A DNA stretch of 64,000 bases from a virus. The stretch spans positions 1 to 64,000 of the IMG/VR virus record IMGVR_UViG_3300019757_000164; one strand, given 5' to 3'. Shown piece by piece: positions 52,737 through 62,009 of this stretch; the first letter of the stretch is position 1, and each line of letters starts with the position of its first letter. The notes under the pieces were generated by a model. It saw nothing but the letters and a program-made list of their open reading frames with translations. It did not search any database and was not told the origin of the DNA. The position numbers and the translations under genes were made by a program.

Positions 52737-53264
52737 TTACTTACTTTCCCACATCAGATGCTCACACCAATTATATTCATCTTCTTTTCCACCAACTGAC
52801 CAACTTGGATATGTATACATATCACTGAAACATTCATTTTTGTTTGTGATCAATACCTCTTTGTTATATGAGCTGATTTTTATAAGTGCATCTTCAATGA
52901 TAATCCTGTCTGACAGTCTACATATAAAATTCATAAATTCCTTAAATGTTTCTTCAAATTCTCTGTCACGTAATGAGCCGTCTACAACTAGTATATACTG
53001 GTCTTGAGTTCTCAACCATCCACCTCTTCTATTGTTGTTGCCATACCAATCTAATAGGTTGTCTGTTCTCCATCCATACTCATCGAATGATGAACTACTA
53101 TTGAATCCATCCTTCTGTATTACATATTTACTCATGTCTTTCTCACTTCCAGTAACTAGAGGTAAGTGATTTAACACAGTATCTAAGATATATCTTTTTT
53201 CAGCCTGTGTTCTGCCCATTGGCGATAATGTTATTGTTCCGTTTACATAAGTCCAAGCACTCAT
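52737..53264 (-). CDS. Conserved hypothetical phage protein
   Basis: MSAWTYVNG, HLPLVTGSE, GSLRDR. Confidence 0.65.
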   Translation of the reverse strand: MSAWTYVNGTITLSPMGRTQAEKRYILDTVLNHLPLVTGSEKDMSKYVIQKDGFNSSSSFDEYGWRTDNLLDWYGNNNRRGGWLRTQDQYILVVDGSLRDREFEETFKEFMNFICRLSDRIIIEDALIKISSYNKEVLITNKNECFSDMYTYPSWSVGGKEDEYNWCEHLMWESK

Positions 53265-53363
53265 TTCAATTCTCCTTTCATAGTTAACTTTCTATCTAAG
53301 ACAAGTATATACTAAAATAGAGCCAATGTAAAGCCCTATTTAAAAGTTTTTTATTTAATTATA

Positions 53364-53768
53364 TTAATTGTCATTTTTCATAACTTCTCTCCAAGTATCT
53401 CTATTTGAAAAGTATTCTTTTAAGAATTCCATGAATTCTTCTTTGTCAATTTTATCTCCATATCCTTCTACAAAATCTTCGATATCTTCAAAGAACATAG
53501 TCTCATAACTTTGCTGTTGAGCACTATTGATTTCAGATATATACACATTTTTATCATATGTGCTCTTACTTAGTTTACCATTTGTACACTCATATGCAAT
53601 GCTTGAAATTGTGTCGTGACAATTGTATAAGAAGAACGCAAGCATTAATTGTTGCTCATCTTTATCATATACCCCATAAAATTCTTCCATGTGCTCAATT
53701 TGATCGCTCAGATACTCTTTCATATCCTCTTTTGATTCTAAAAACTTATCAATTCCTTTTTTATACAC
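53364..53768 (-). CDS. Hypothetical acidic protein
   Basis: TNGKLSK motif. Confidence 0.6.
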   Translation of the reverse strand: MYKKGIDKFLESKEDMKEYLSDQIEHMEEFYGVYDKDEQQLMLAFFLYNCHDTISSIAYECTNGKLSKSTYDKNVYISEINSAQQQSYETMFFEDIEDFVEGYGDKIDKEEFMEFLKEYFSNRDTWREVMKNDN

Positions 53769-54780
53769 GGCTTACTCCTTTCGCATACTCGCAGTATTCA
53801 TCCCATGTCATATCTAAATATTCATTAATAGGTAGACATGAATCAGATTTATGCCATTCTTCAATTTTCTTTTCGATTTCTTCATCTCTGCTGTTCAATA
53901 CTTCATTTTTATATTTTTCTAGTAAAAAACCGTTTGAAAAAGTATTCATATTTCCTCCTTTGTTTTGTATAGATTTACTTGCATAAAATTATATCCAATT
54001 TTACCATCTTGTCTTGGGCAAAGATTCTTTTTTCTAAAGTTGAAATGAATAAAATTAGTTGTAGCATCATCTATATCATGGTAATATGGACACCCTCTTG
54101 AATATATACAGAATGATAAATCACATCTAAATCTATCTTCTATATTATCAGACATCATATCTTGATAGTTTTTAGTTTCTTTCGTATAGTATTTTGGTTT
54201 AAACATATTGCCTCCATTTTTTTTATTTCAACAATCCCTCGTATCTAATCATTTAGCCCTACTTAATACAATATTAATTTAAATAACTTTGATCCTTCAA
54301 TATGTTTACTTGCCACATTTCTAATGCAATCCATTTCGATCCATCTTGTGATATAAGAATTGATTCCTCATCTTCAAACAAATGACAATCATTATCTCCA
54401 TCAATCCAAATTCCTTTTCCCTTAGAAATTGCAAATTCTACATTGTGTAGATCAATAAACTCAACAACCTCAGATGGTGTTTCATTATCTTTGTTTAAAT
54501 AACTCTCTAATTCCTCATAAGTAATAACTAAATATTTCATATAAACCTCCTTATATAATTCATTCACAATTTTCATGCCAAACTACTTGTCCACTCATAT
54601 GTGTAAAATATTCCTCTTCAGAGCCATCTTTGATCTCTTTTTGGCATCTATCACCTAGGAAAACGAATGTTTTAGTCAATACAATTTCTCCAGTTTTGTA
54701 TTCGTAGCAGTCATAAGATATGTGGTGATATATCCATTCTTTTATTTTAGAAATAAATTTAACCATATAATTCCTCCTTT

Positions 54781-54850
54781 CCAATTTTCAACGTTTCGTC
54801 TTATTGTGTGCATATTGAGGTAATCTACACACAATGACTTCAAGATGTCT
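54781..54850. repeat. Dispersed dif-like repeat, site T
   Basis: attttcaacgttt...attgtgtgcatat-TGAGGTA-atctacacacaat...tcaagatg. Confidence 0.8.
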
Positions 54851-55052
54851 ATTTTACATAGTTCTTATATCTGTCATCTTCATCATTAAAACACACAAAC
54901 GCCATGCCACAAAGATCACCGAGTGGACACACATCGCAATCTCCATCTTTCATTTCTTCACAAGCTTTATTTAATATATCTAGTGCTTCTTTGATATTAT
55001 CTCTATTCATTTAACCCTCCTTTTCTTGTTTAAAGAACCTATTATGTACATC

Positions 55053-55412
55053 TTACCACTTATTACAAAACTCTTCTTTCTTGAAAACTAATAGCACTTC
55101 TTGTTTTTTAACTCCAATCAATTTAATATCTTTTAATTTATTGTTTGAGTAATTTGATATCGTATTGCTTGCCTCAAGAGCACTAGTTCTACCGCTTTGT
55201 ACTATTACAAATACATATTTACCAATATATTCTTTTCTACAATAATAATATAAGCTCATGTCCAAACAAGTTGCGTTATTTAATTCTTTAATAAAACTAT
55301 TGTATGAATCATCATCACCTAAAACTAATGTATAGAAGTGTGATAATTGTGGATTTCTTAGATATTTATTGCTTATCCTTAAATTTAAATACTTTAATCC
55401 TTCTATTTTCAT
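55053..55412 (-). CDS. Hypothetical protein
   Basis: ORF with RBS. Confidence 0.55.
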   Translation of the reverse strand: MKIEGLKYLNLRISNKYLRNPQLSHFYTLVLGDDDSYNSFIKELNNATCLDMSLYYYCRKEYIGKYVFVIVQSGRTSALEASNTISNYSNNKLKDIKLIGVKKQEVLLVFKKEEFCNKW

Positions 55413-55668
55413 TTATTCCTCCTTTCAAACCAGCTCCTGAGTTTTTACATTAACTAATACTTCTTCAAACATATCAATATGAAAATTGATTAAGTTTAAA
55501 TTTACACTATCTCCGGTTTTTAAATCTTTAAAATCCGCAAAAATATAAACAATTATACGACCCGTATTTAAATTTTTAAAACCCGGTCTGATGTCATTAT
55601 AAATATCTTCTGATTCAATTAATTCTGCTATTCTATTTAACACGTCTCTTAATTTCATAATTGCCTCC

Positions 55669-56661
55669 TTATACATTATTATTTGACTTATTCTTATCAT
55701 AAACCTCAATTGATTTATTGATTCTATCTGGATTAGTATGTCTTTTGTCTAGAAACTGCTCAAATGTCAACTTTTTAAACATACTTGGTTGATTACAGTA
55801 AGCTGAGTAATCTTTAATAAAATGATCATACTCGCTTCCCCAACAATTCTTGTCTCTCATTATATATGGTAAAACTTTATTCTTTCTACACCATTCTACA
55901 CGATAAATCATGTCATGTAAAGTCATAAATTCAACATTATGGTAGACGTAAAATTTCATCTTCCAGTCCTTTGCGATATGTTTTTTCATCATTGGTAATT
56001 TCTTATTTAGCATCTTTTCATATTTAATATCATCAAATGCAAATATATACTCTCCCATGTAGTTCAACTTAGATAGCAACTCCATTTTACGGTCAGTAGC
56101 TAGTCTGAAGTCTAGTCCTTGATTAAAATCAACTCTAATATTCATTTCAATCAATTCTTCAAATACTTCTTCGCATTTATCATATGCAAATATGTTGTTA
56201 TCATAGAATTTAACTTTCTTGTGCTGAATAATATCTGACAATTCATTATACTTCTTAAGTTTACCTTCGAATTTAGGAACTTTACAGAACCAGCAATTTC
56301 TAATACAACCTCTGGTAATAAACCCATGACTTGTGTTTTCATCTTCGAAGTAAAATGGCTGTAGAGCTTCTATTTCTGGATCTAATTGTAACGCTGGATT
56401 AATTGATCCTATGCCACCAATAACCACATCCAAGCATCCTGTAATCTCAAATCTGGTTTGATTAATCTCAAATAAATTACTCACATACACTTTATCATAA
56501 GCACTAGCATCTATAGATTTAAATACTTTAGATGGAAATGCTGTCATGTTTAGATCAATCATTTTAACCTCGTGGTCTTCTTTGTTTAGATAATGCTTAT
56601 ATAGTTTTCTAATTGCTATATTAAATTTACTATCTACGTTTACTAATAATATTTTTTTCAT
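55669..56661 (-). CDS. Radical SAM protein of unknown function
   Basis: TRGCIRNCWFC (CxxxCxxC), DNN, FNQGLD, FAFD. Confidence 0.85.
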   Translation of the reverse strand: MKKILLVNVDSKFNIAIRKLYKHYLNKEDHEVKMIDLNMTAFPSKVFKSIDASAYDKVYVSNLFEINQTRFEITGCLDVVIGGIGSINPALQLDPEIEALQPFYFEDENTSHGFITRGCIRNCWFCKVPKFEGKLKKYNELSDIIQHKKVKFYDNNIFAYDKCEEVFEELIEMNIRVDFNQGLDFRLATDRKMELLSKLNYMGEYIFAFDDIKYEKMLNKKLPMMKKHIAKDWKMKFYVYHNVEFMTLHDMIYRVEWCRKNKVLPYIMRDKNCWGSEYDHFIKDYSAYCNQPSMFKKLTFEQFLDKRHTNPDRINKSIEVYDKNKSNNNV

Positions 56662-56685
56662 AATTACCTCCTTTACTATATAATA

Positions 56686-57846
56686 TCACTTATATGCACT
56701 ACTGTCAATACCTAATCTAACTTGAGTGTCTTTGCGTCTTTTGTCTCTTAAAAACTTATATTCTTCGAGATATTCAAAAAAGTCGTTCTCTGTATTTATT
56801 GTATCCGGTAGATCATACTCTATTAGTTGCTTGTTGTAATTTTTAAAAAATATCTTTTCGGCAATTAAGCGTATTTCTAATGCATCTACAAATTCTGAGT
56901 ACTGTCCCAAGTATATCGTTTTCCCGTCTTTTTTTATTCTAGATCTATACACCGTACTCCCCTTGCTTTTATGCACCGATACGCCTGGGTGCCCGCTAGA
57001 ATTATTAGATTGAATTCTTTTGTTCATTCCATTTTGCGAAGGGGTCACCTCTCTTAAATTACATCTCCTATTGTCGGATTTATCTCCATTAATGTGATCT
57101 ACATAATTACCTCCTTCTGTGGTCAATATTATTTTGTGCAATCTAAGATTCTTCACATTGCCATCAACTCTTCTAGTAGTGTGCAAATAACCATCGTCAC
57201 CCAAAACCCAAGTAAACCCTTTTGCTTTTACATAATCTACTTTATCTATGAAAAAAGTATCGGCGTTACTTGTGTATCCCATTATAAAATCACCTTTCTC
57301 CTCATACCTGTTACCTTTTATTTCAAATAGCCCTGTTCGGCACCCACACGTCTTTATATGACCATTTTTTATCTCTGTAAGCCTAATATCTTTTTCTTTC
57401 CCACAGTCACATATACATTTTGCTACTGTACACCTGTTGTCTATATCTTTATAAACGTCTAATATTTTAAGTGCGCCATACTTGTTACCTATTTCTTCGG
57501 ATGCCTTCTTTAAATATATATCTCTGTTTTTATCGGTTCTGATCTCATTTGTCCTATACTCATTATGCCAATCACTCAAGTTGCTCGATCTTTTTTTAAT
57601 ATTTTCTGGGTCTAGTCCTGCACACCTAAGTGAGCAATATTTAGTAAAACCAAGTGTTAAGTTTTTAAAGGTTTTATCTTTCCCACAAATTTTACACCTT
57701 CCGTCATCTTTGTGGTTGATAAATTCTATATAGTATTCTTTTTTCGAAATATATGGATGAGATTTTGTAATATGTAAGGACAAGCCTTGTATCTTAGTAA
57801 ATGATTTCCCGCATATTTTACATACATATGTTACTTTGTTATCCAT
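56686..57846 (-). CDS. HNH homing endonuclease with Zn fingers and AP2 domain
   Basis: C2H2 CKICG...HITKSH, CICDCG, VDHINGDKSDNRRCNLR, NNSSGHPGV...IYLG. Confidence 0.88.
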   Translation of the reverse strand: MDNKVTYVCKICGKSFTKIQGLSLHITKSHPYISKKEYYIEFINHKDDGRCKICGKDKTFKNLTLGFTKYCSLRCAGLDPENIKKRSSNLSDWHNEYRTNEIRTDKNRDIYLKKASEEIGNKYGALKILDVYKDIDNRCTVAKCICDCGKEKDIRLTEIKNGHIKTCGCRTGLFEIKGNRYEEKGDFIMGYTSNADTFFIDKVDYVKAKGFTWVLGDDGYLHTTRRVDGNVKNLRLHKIILTTEGGNYVDHINGDKSDNRRCNLREVTPSQNGMNKRIQSNNSSGHPGVSVHKSKGSTVYRSRIKKDGKTIYLGQYSEFVDALEIRLIAEKIFFKNYNKQLIEYDLPDTINTENDFFEYLEEYKFLRDKRRKDTQVRLGIDSSAYK

Positions 57847-58295
57847 TCTGGCTCCTTTCTTTTCTTCCAATTAAATAAATCTCTCTTATCATTGTTGTAA
57901 TACCTTCTATACGCCTCCACTGCACATTCTGATTTATACTCATCTGGCATAGCCTGTGCGTGTTTTGTTAATCCTCTAGCTGGTAAATCTGGCAATTGCA
58001 TATCAATTAATAATTCTCCAGATTTATGTTGTTTGCCATATCTATATGTATACTCATCGTATAAAGCCATAGCATGATTATATAGCCATATCCAATTATC
58101 TAATGAATACCTAGCCCATACTGTACAAGGATGGTTCTTGTGAGCTAATCTATATGTAGCTAAATGCTCTTGATCTGTATAGTAATATGCGGACTGAAGT
58201 ATTTGTACTTCTTCCAGTAGCTGTTTGACCACGTGCTTATCTACATGATATTCAGCACATTTTTTAAAATCATAGTCTAAAATAAATATATTCAT
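57831..58295 (-). CDS. Pyrimidine-dimer DNA glycosylase/endonuclease V (DenV-like)
   Basis: MNIFILD, HVDKHVVKQLLE, HKNHPCTVW, EYTYRYGKQH, QAMPD, AYRRYY. Confidence 0.8.
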   Translation of the reverse strand: MNIFILDYDFKKCAEYHVDKHVVKQLLEEVQILQSAYYYTDQEHLATYRLAHKNHPCTVWARYSLDNWIWLYNHAMALYDEYTYRYGKQHKSGELLIDMQLPDLPARGLTKHAQAMPDEYKSECAVEAYRRYYNNDKRDLFNWKKRKEPEWITK

Positions 58296-58365
58296 AATTC
58301 CTCCTAGTTGATATAAGTTATTAACTAACTACATATTACACGAAAAAAGATGGCTTGTCAACCAT

Positions 58366-58569
58366 CTAATTATTATTATCTTCATTAAATTGTAACATTG
58401 TGTAAATAAACATAACTAATGATGCTATAATAAGAATTGATGATCCTACTTTTGGAATCGAGCCACGAATATGAAAAACTTTTACTCCACACTCAGCCAA
58501 TGTTAATGTGATTAAGCACAAAATAATGTATTTTCTCCAGTTTTCTCTTACATTTTTATTAATCTTCAT
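58366..58569 (-). CDS. Small membrane protein
   Basis: Two hydrophobic helices; starts MKINKN. Confidence 0.55.
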   Translation of the reverse strand: MKINKNVRENWRKYIILCLITLTLAECGVKVFHIRGSIPKVGSSILIIASLVMFIYTMLQFNEDNNN

Positions 58570-58582
58570 TTAATCCTCCTTT

Positions 58583-58660
58583 TTATTTTCAACGTTTCAA
58601 CTTATTTAATGCATAACCTTCAATTATGTATACGATGCGTTTAAGGTGTTTAAACTACTA
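58583..58660. repeat. Dispersed dif-like repeat, site U
   Basis: attttcaacgttt...atttaatgcataa-CCTTCAA-ttatgtatacgat...ttaaggtgtt. Confidence 0.8.
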
Positions 58661-58684
58661 ACATTTATACGTCTATTCTATTTT

Positions 58685-58876
58685 CTACTTGTATTTAATT
58701 TGGTATACCAGATAAAATTGAATACATATGCATATTATTGAAATAACAGACAACATAAAAATAGATAGCACATATAGTTTTAAAAATGCATAGATTACTG
58801 CAAATGTAAAACACATACAACTTCCTATTAGAGAAAGCAGTTTAATTGTCCTAGGCGTGTTTTTATTAATCTTCAT
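58685..58876 (-). CDS. Small membrane protein
   Basis: Two hydrophobic helices; starts MKINKN. Confidence 0.55.
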   Translation of the reverse strand: MKINKNTPRTIKLLSLIGSCMCFTFAVIYAFLKLYVLSIFMLSVISIICICIQFYLVYQIKYK

Positions 58877-59449
58877 TTAATCCTCCTTTCCAAATAGCTT
58901 AAACAACACTTCTAATTCTACCTCTGAGCGTTCATATTCAGTTACTAGTGTATTAGATACCATTTCATCTAAGACTCCGTCATAGTCTACCATAGTAGAT
59001 TTTACTATTTTACCTTTATTTAATGTATATTTATAATACATTTAATTCACCTCCTTAGAAATATGATTTTGGTATAATTAATTCAGTTATATATCCTTCT
59101 TCTATTAATTCTTGTGTATCACCTATTCTAATCTTTCCAAACTTGATAATATTTGGTGATGGTTCGACTAATATAGTATTTTTATATAATCTGTTAATAC
59201 CATCATATGAAAACTCTTTAACAACTTTGAATACTTTTATATCATGCAATTTCACTACCTCCTGTTCAAGTATATGCTTATTTTATCATAGTTGAATATT
59301 CGTGTCAATAATTATTTTACTCTTTTTTAGTTGTTTTTCTATTAGTTTTATAGCTTTTTATGCTATTTATTGATTATTTTACTGTTTTTTATCTTTTTTC
59401 TATTATAAAGGAAGAAAGTTGATTTTTTAAATTATTTTCAGAAAAAGTG

Positions 59450-59477
59450 TTGACATTGATTTTGTATGTGATATACT
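59450..59477 (+). promoter_or_regulatory. SigA-type early promoter
   Basis: A/T tracts, then TTGACA-16 nt-TATACT with TG extension. Confidence 0.75.
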
Positions 59478-59510
59478 TGTATTAACAAATGGCAAACAGC
59501 CAAACAAGAT

Positions 59511-59705
59511 ATGACTTTAGGAGGTCTAATTATGACACCGTTTATGTATCAATGTTACATTTATAATGTTAGTGATGGAAGTGATAAGTGGTTAGCTGTA
59601 AATAAGGATACAATGAGAAAAGCTAACAGAGCTTATGAAGATTTAAAGAAAGTATTAAACCAAGGATATTATATTAGCAAACCAAAGAAAGTGGGAGTAT
59701 TATAA
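59511..59705 (+). CDS. Small early protein
   Basis: Follows the promoter; GGAGG RBS suggests the second Met is the true start. Confidence 0.6.
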   Translation: MTLGGLIMTPFMYQCYIYNVSDGSDKWLAVNKDTMRKANRAYEDLKKVLNQGYYISKPKKVGVL

Positions 59706-59993
59706 TGAAAATGAATTCAACTTACAACCAAGAAGAACAATTATTAAACAGCTATAACTATGATATGGCTCAGCTTCATCAAGATAAGAACAAGCATGAG
59801 AATCGTATTAGCAATAGAAAACGTGATCAAGTTAAAAGAGAGCTGAGAAAGAATAAGAAAAATAGAAATAAATGGAATTAATCTATAACCAAATTTAATA
59901 TGAAGGGTGGTGATATAAATGTTGATCTTATGTATTCTAGGCATAATTACATTCCCTGTGATATATGCTAGATTATATGTAATAAGATTAGAG

Positions 59994-60014
59994 AAGAGAG
60001 CTTAGGCTCTTTTT
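59994..60014 (+). terminator. Rho-independent terminator
   Basis: AGAGC-TTAG-GCTCT followed by TTTT. Confidence 0.6.
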
Positions 60015-60045
60015 AACTTTTTATAAAAAAGTTTACAAAAAAGTA

Positions 60046-60073
60046 TTGACTTATTATTTCGTTGTGATATACT
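60046..60073 (+). promoter_or_regulatory. SigA-type early promoter
   Basis: TTGACT-16 nt-TATACT with TG extension. Confidence 0.75.
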
Positions 60074-60118
60074 TATATTAAGTTAAAGGAAATTAATAAA
60101 TGATCTGAGGAGGTCAAT

Positions 60119-60397
60119 ATGTTGGATAATAGTATCAAGAATTTAGGGTTAGGCGTAAGACAAGAGAATATGTTAATCAGAAATAACATTTATAATTACA
60201 GTGACTTGGTGATTATGATTTGCGAAGATAGATTCAACGCTTCTTATCTTAAGTATTTTAGAGAAAGAGATATTGTATTCGTAAAGGCTTTGGTTGAAGC
60301 TAGAGAGGATGAAAGTTTTGACAGCGAGAGATGCAGATTGGCTTTTAACTTGGACGTAGCTGAGAAGTTTAATATTAGGTTCAGCGATTATCAATAA
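60119..60397 (+). CDS. Small early protein; N-terminus weakly resembles RNA polymerase alpha-CTD
   Basis: SIKNLGLGVRQENMLIRNNI (cf. alpha-CTD IEELDLSVRSYNCLKRAGI). Confidence 0.5.
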   Translation: MLDNSIKNLGLGVRQENMLIRNNIYNYSDLVIMICEDRFNASYLKYFRERDIVFVKALVEAREDESFDSERCRLAFNLDVAEKFNIRFSDYQ

Positions 60398-60406
60398 GGA
60401 GGATTT

Positions 60407-60643
60407 ATGTTTGAGAATATGATTAGAAATATCGAGTGTATGAATGATGATAGTATCAACAAAGCTATCGAAAATGACGTTAGCAATAGAGAACAGTATA
60501 GAGATCAATTGATTCAGCTATTATTAGATGATGGCGAATGCTTGAATGATTTCGATGTCGATTACACACTACGTAAAGTAGTTAAATATCTAAGCTGTAA
60601 CGATGGTGACTTTGAATCAGCTTATAATGACTATATGTATTAA
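60407..60643 (+). CDS. Small acidic early protein
   Basis: AGGAGG RBS. Confidence 0.6.
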   Translation: MFENMIRNIECMNDDSINKAIENDVSNREQYRDQLIQLLLDDGECLNDFDVDYTLRKVVKYLSCNDGDFESAYNDYMY

Positions 60644-60648
60644 ACCAA

Positions 60649-60672
60649 AGAAGCCTTAAGCTTCTTTTTTTT
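60649..60672 (+). terminator. Rho-independent terminator
   Basis: AAGAAGC-CTTAA-GCTTCTT followed by a T-tract. Confidence 0.75.
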
Positions 60673-60942
60673 ATTTAAATTTATTTTAAAAAGTGCTTGC
60701 AATTGGTTTTTAGGTGTGATAACTGCGTTGGCTAAAAGAAAAGAGAGGATAAAACCTCTCTAATTCTATGCATATTATCTAATTGATAATGGTTATCTAC
60801 AGTTATATCGGCTATTTCTGGCACTTTATGGCTGATATATCGGCTATTTTTTTTCTGAGCTTTCCATTGGTATTACTGGCTTTGACTGCATATTTAACCC
60901 TTCGATGTTTCTTATTCTTTATATACTATTATTAGTATTAAA

Positions 60943-61512
60943 CTAACTCTTATTATCTTTATCTAATACTTCCTGTCTATGGTCAAATATAATTTGTGTA
61001 TCATTCAATAAGTTTTGTCCATTAAAAGCATAGTATGGATTGAATAATATATTTCTATCTCTACGATTAGAAGTCCTATATATAATATTATTATCCTCTA
61101 ATTCCTTTAGAGATTTGGTCAAACTATCCCTATTTAATCCGCTCAATTTCATAAGGTCTTTATTAGTTGGCGGCTTACCTTTATATAATACTACATTCTG
61201 GGACTTCGTAAGAAGACACAGAAAGGTGAATAGCAAGGATTTTGCTTTATAAGATAATTGAATTAACCCACTACTCTTGACTTGGTACAATTTTGTGAAT
61301 CGGTGTTTGCTATTCCACTTATTATTGTACATTTCTTTCTTGGCTTGTATTTGTTCTGTAGATAACAGATCATAATATTCTTCTGCTAACTTCATATAAG
61401 ATAACACATCATCTATATTAGAAACAAGTTCGCCTGTTTCAATATGGAAAATATGTTTGTTTTCTATGAAGTACTCATGAAACGTCTGTTTCGTTATCCT
61501 GTTCTCTGTCAT
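60943..61512 (-). CDS. RepL-like winged-HTH protein
   Basis: HIETGEL, FTKLY, HTH TNKDLMKLSGLNRDSLTKSLKELED, FNPYYAFNG. Confidence 0.7.
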   Translation of the reverse strand: MTENRITKQTFHEYFIENKHIFHIETGELVSNIDDVLSYMKLAEEYYDLLSTEQIQAKKEMYNNKWNSKHRFTKLYQVKSSGLIQLSYKAKSLLFTFLCLLTKSQNVVLYKGKPPTNKDLMKLSGLNRDSLTKSLKELEDNNIIYRTSNRRDRNILFNPYYAFNGQNLLNDTQIIFDHRQEVLDKDNKS

Positions 61513-61693
61513 TATTAATAACCTCTTTTCTATGTTGTTTAAGATATGTTTGTAATGCTATGTTGTTTTCAAAGATAAATACGGTTCTCTCTTTGTTTAT
61601 GTTGTTAGGTTCTATATCTATCACTCTGAAGCCCTGTCTGATTAATTCTCTGGCTATCCTATATGATATAATCCTTTTCTTTTTAATAGTCAT
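61475..61693 (-). CDS. DUF5659-like small protein
   Basis: IARELIRQGF...PNNINKERTVFIFE. Confidence 0.65.
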   Translation of the reverse strand: MTIKKKRIISYRIARELIRQGFRVIDIEPNNINKERTVFIFENNIALQTYLKQHRKEVINNDREQDNETDVS

Positions 61694-61940
61694 TTTATTT
61701 CCTTTCTTATATAATAGTAATTGACGTAACTATATCTAATAGACTATGTTTGGTTTTCATGTTAATATATTTAGTTGTCATTTATATGTTGTCCCCCTTT
61801 CTGATGTAGCGTAGACATAGTACGTTCAACTTAATAATACCATATTTAAATAGTTATTGTCAAACATTTTACCATTCTAAATATTTATAGCTAGTATAGA
61901 ATTTATTTATGGTTGTTTTAAATTAATTAGTAAATTATGC

Positions 61941-61969
61941 TTGACATTATTCTATAAATAGTATATCAT
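61941..61969 (+). promoter_or_regulatory. SigA-type promoter
   Basis: TTGACA-17 nt-TATCAT. Confidence 0.65.
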
Positions 61970-62009
61970 TATAAATGTAAAGAGGAACTAACTATTAAAG
62001 GAGATTATT

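Noticed and set aside
2712-57733. Plus-strand ORFs in the ORF track overlapping minus-strand genes (e.g. 2712-3062, 15737-16066, 53558-53986)
   Set aside because: Antisense shadows of real genes with Ser/Leu/Phe-rich composition; treated as non-coding.
25869-58660. Dispersed repeats read as a CRISPR array
   Set aside because: Copies are degenerate and separated by whole genes rather than 30-40-nt spacers, and no cas genes are present.
25869-58660. Dispersed repeats read as rho-independent terminators
   Set aside because: Stems are AT-rich and mismatched, linkers are non-complementary and there is no consistent U-tract. Real terminators in the window look different.
59744-60508. Minus-strand ORFs 59744-59944 and 60173-60508
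   Set aside because: They are antisense to plus-strand units that have promoters, RBSs and terminators.
60764-60795. Possible extra repeat site (ttctatgcatat-TATCTAA-ttgataat)
   Set aside because: The right arm and outer arms do not fit the consensus.
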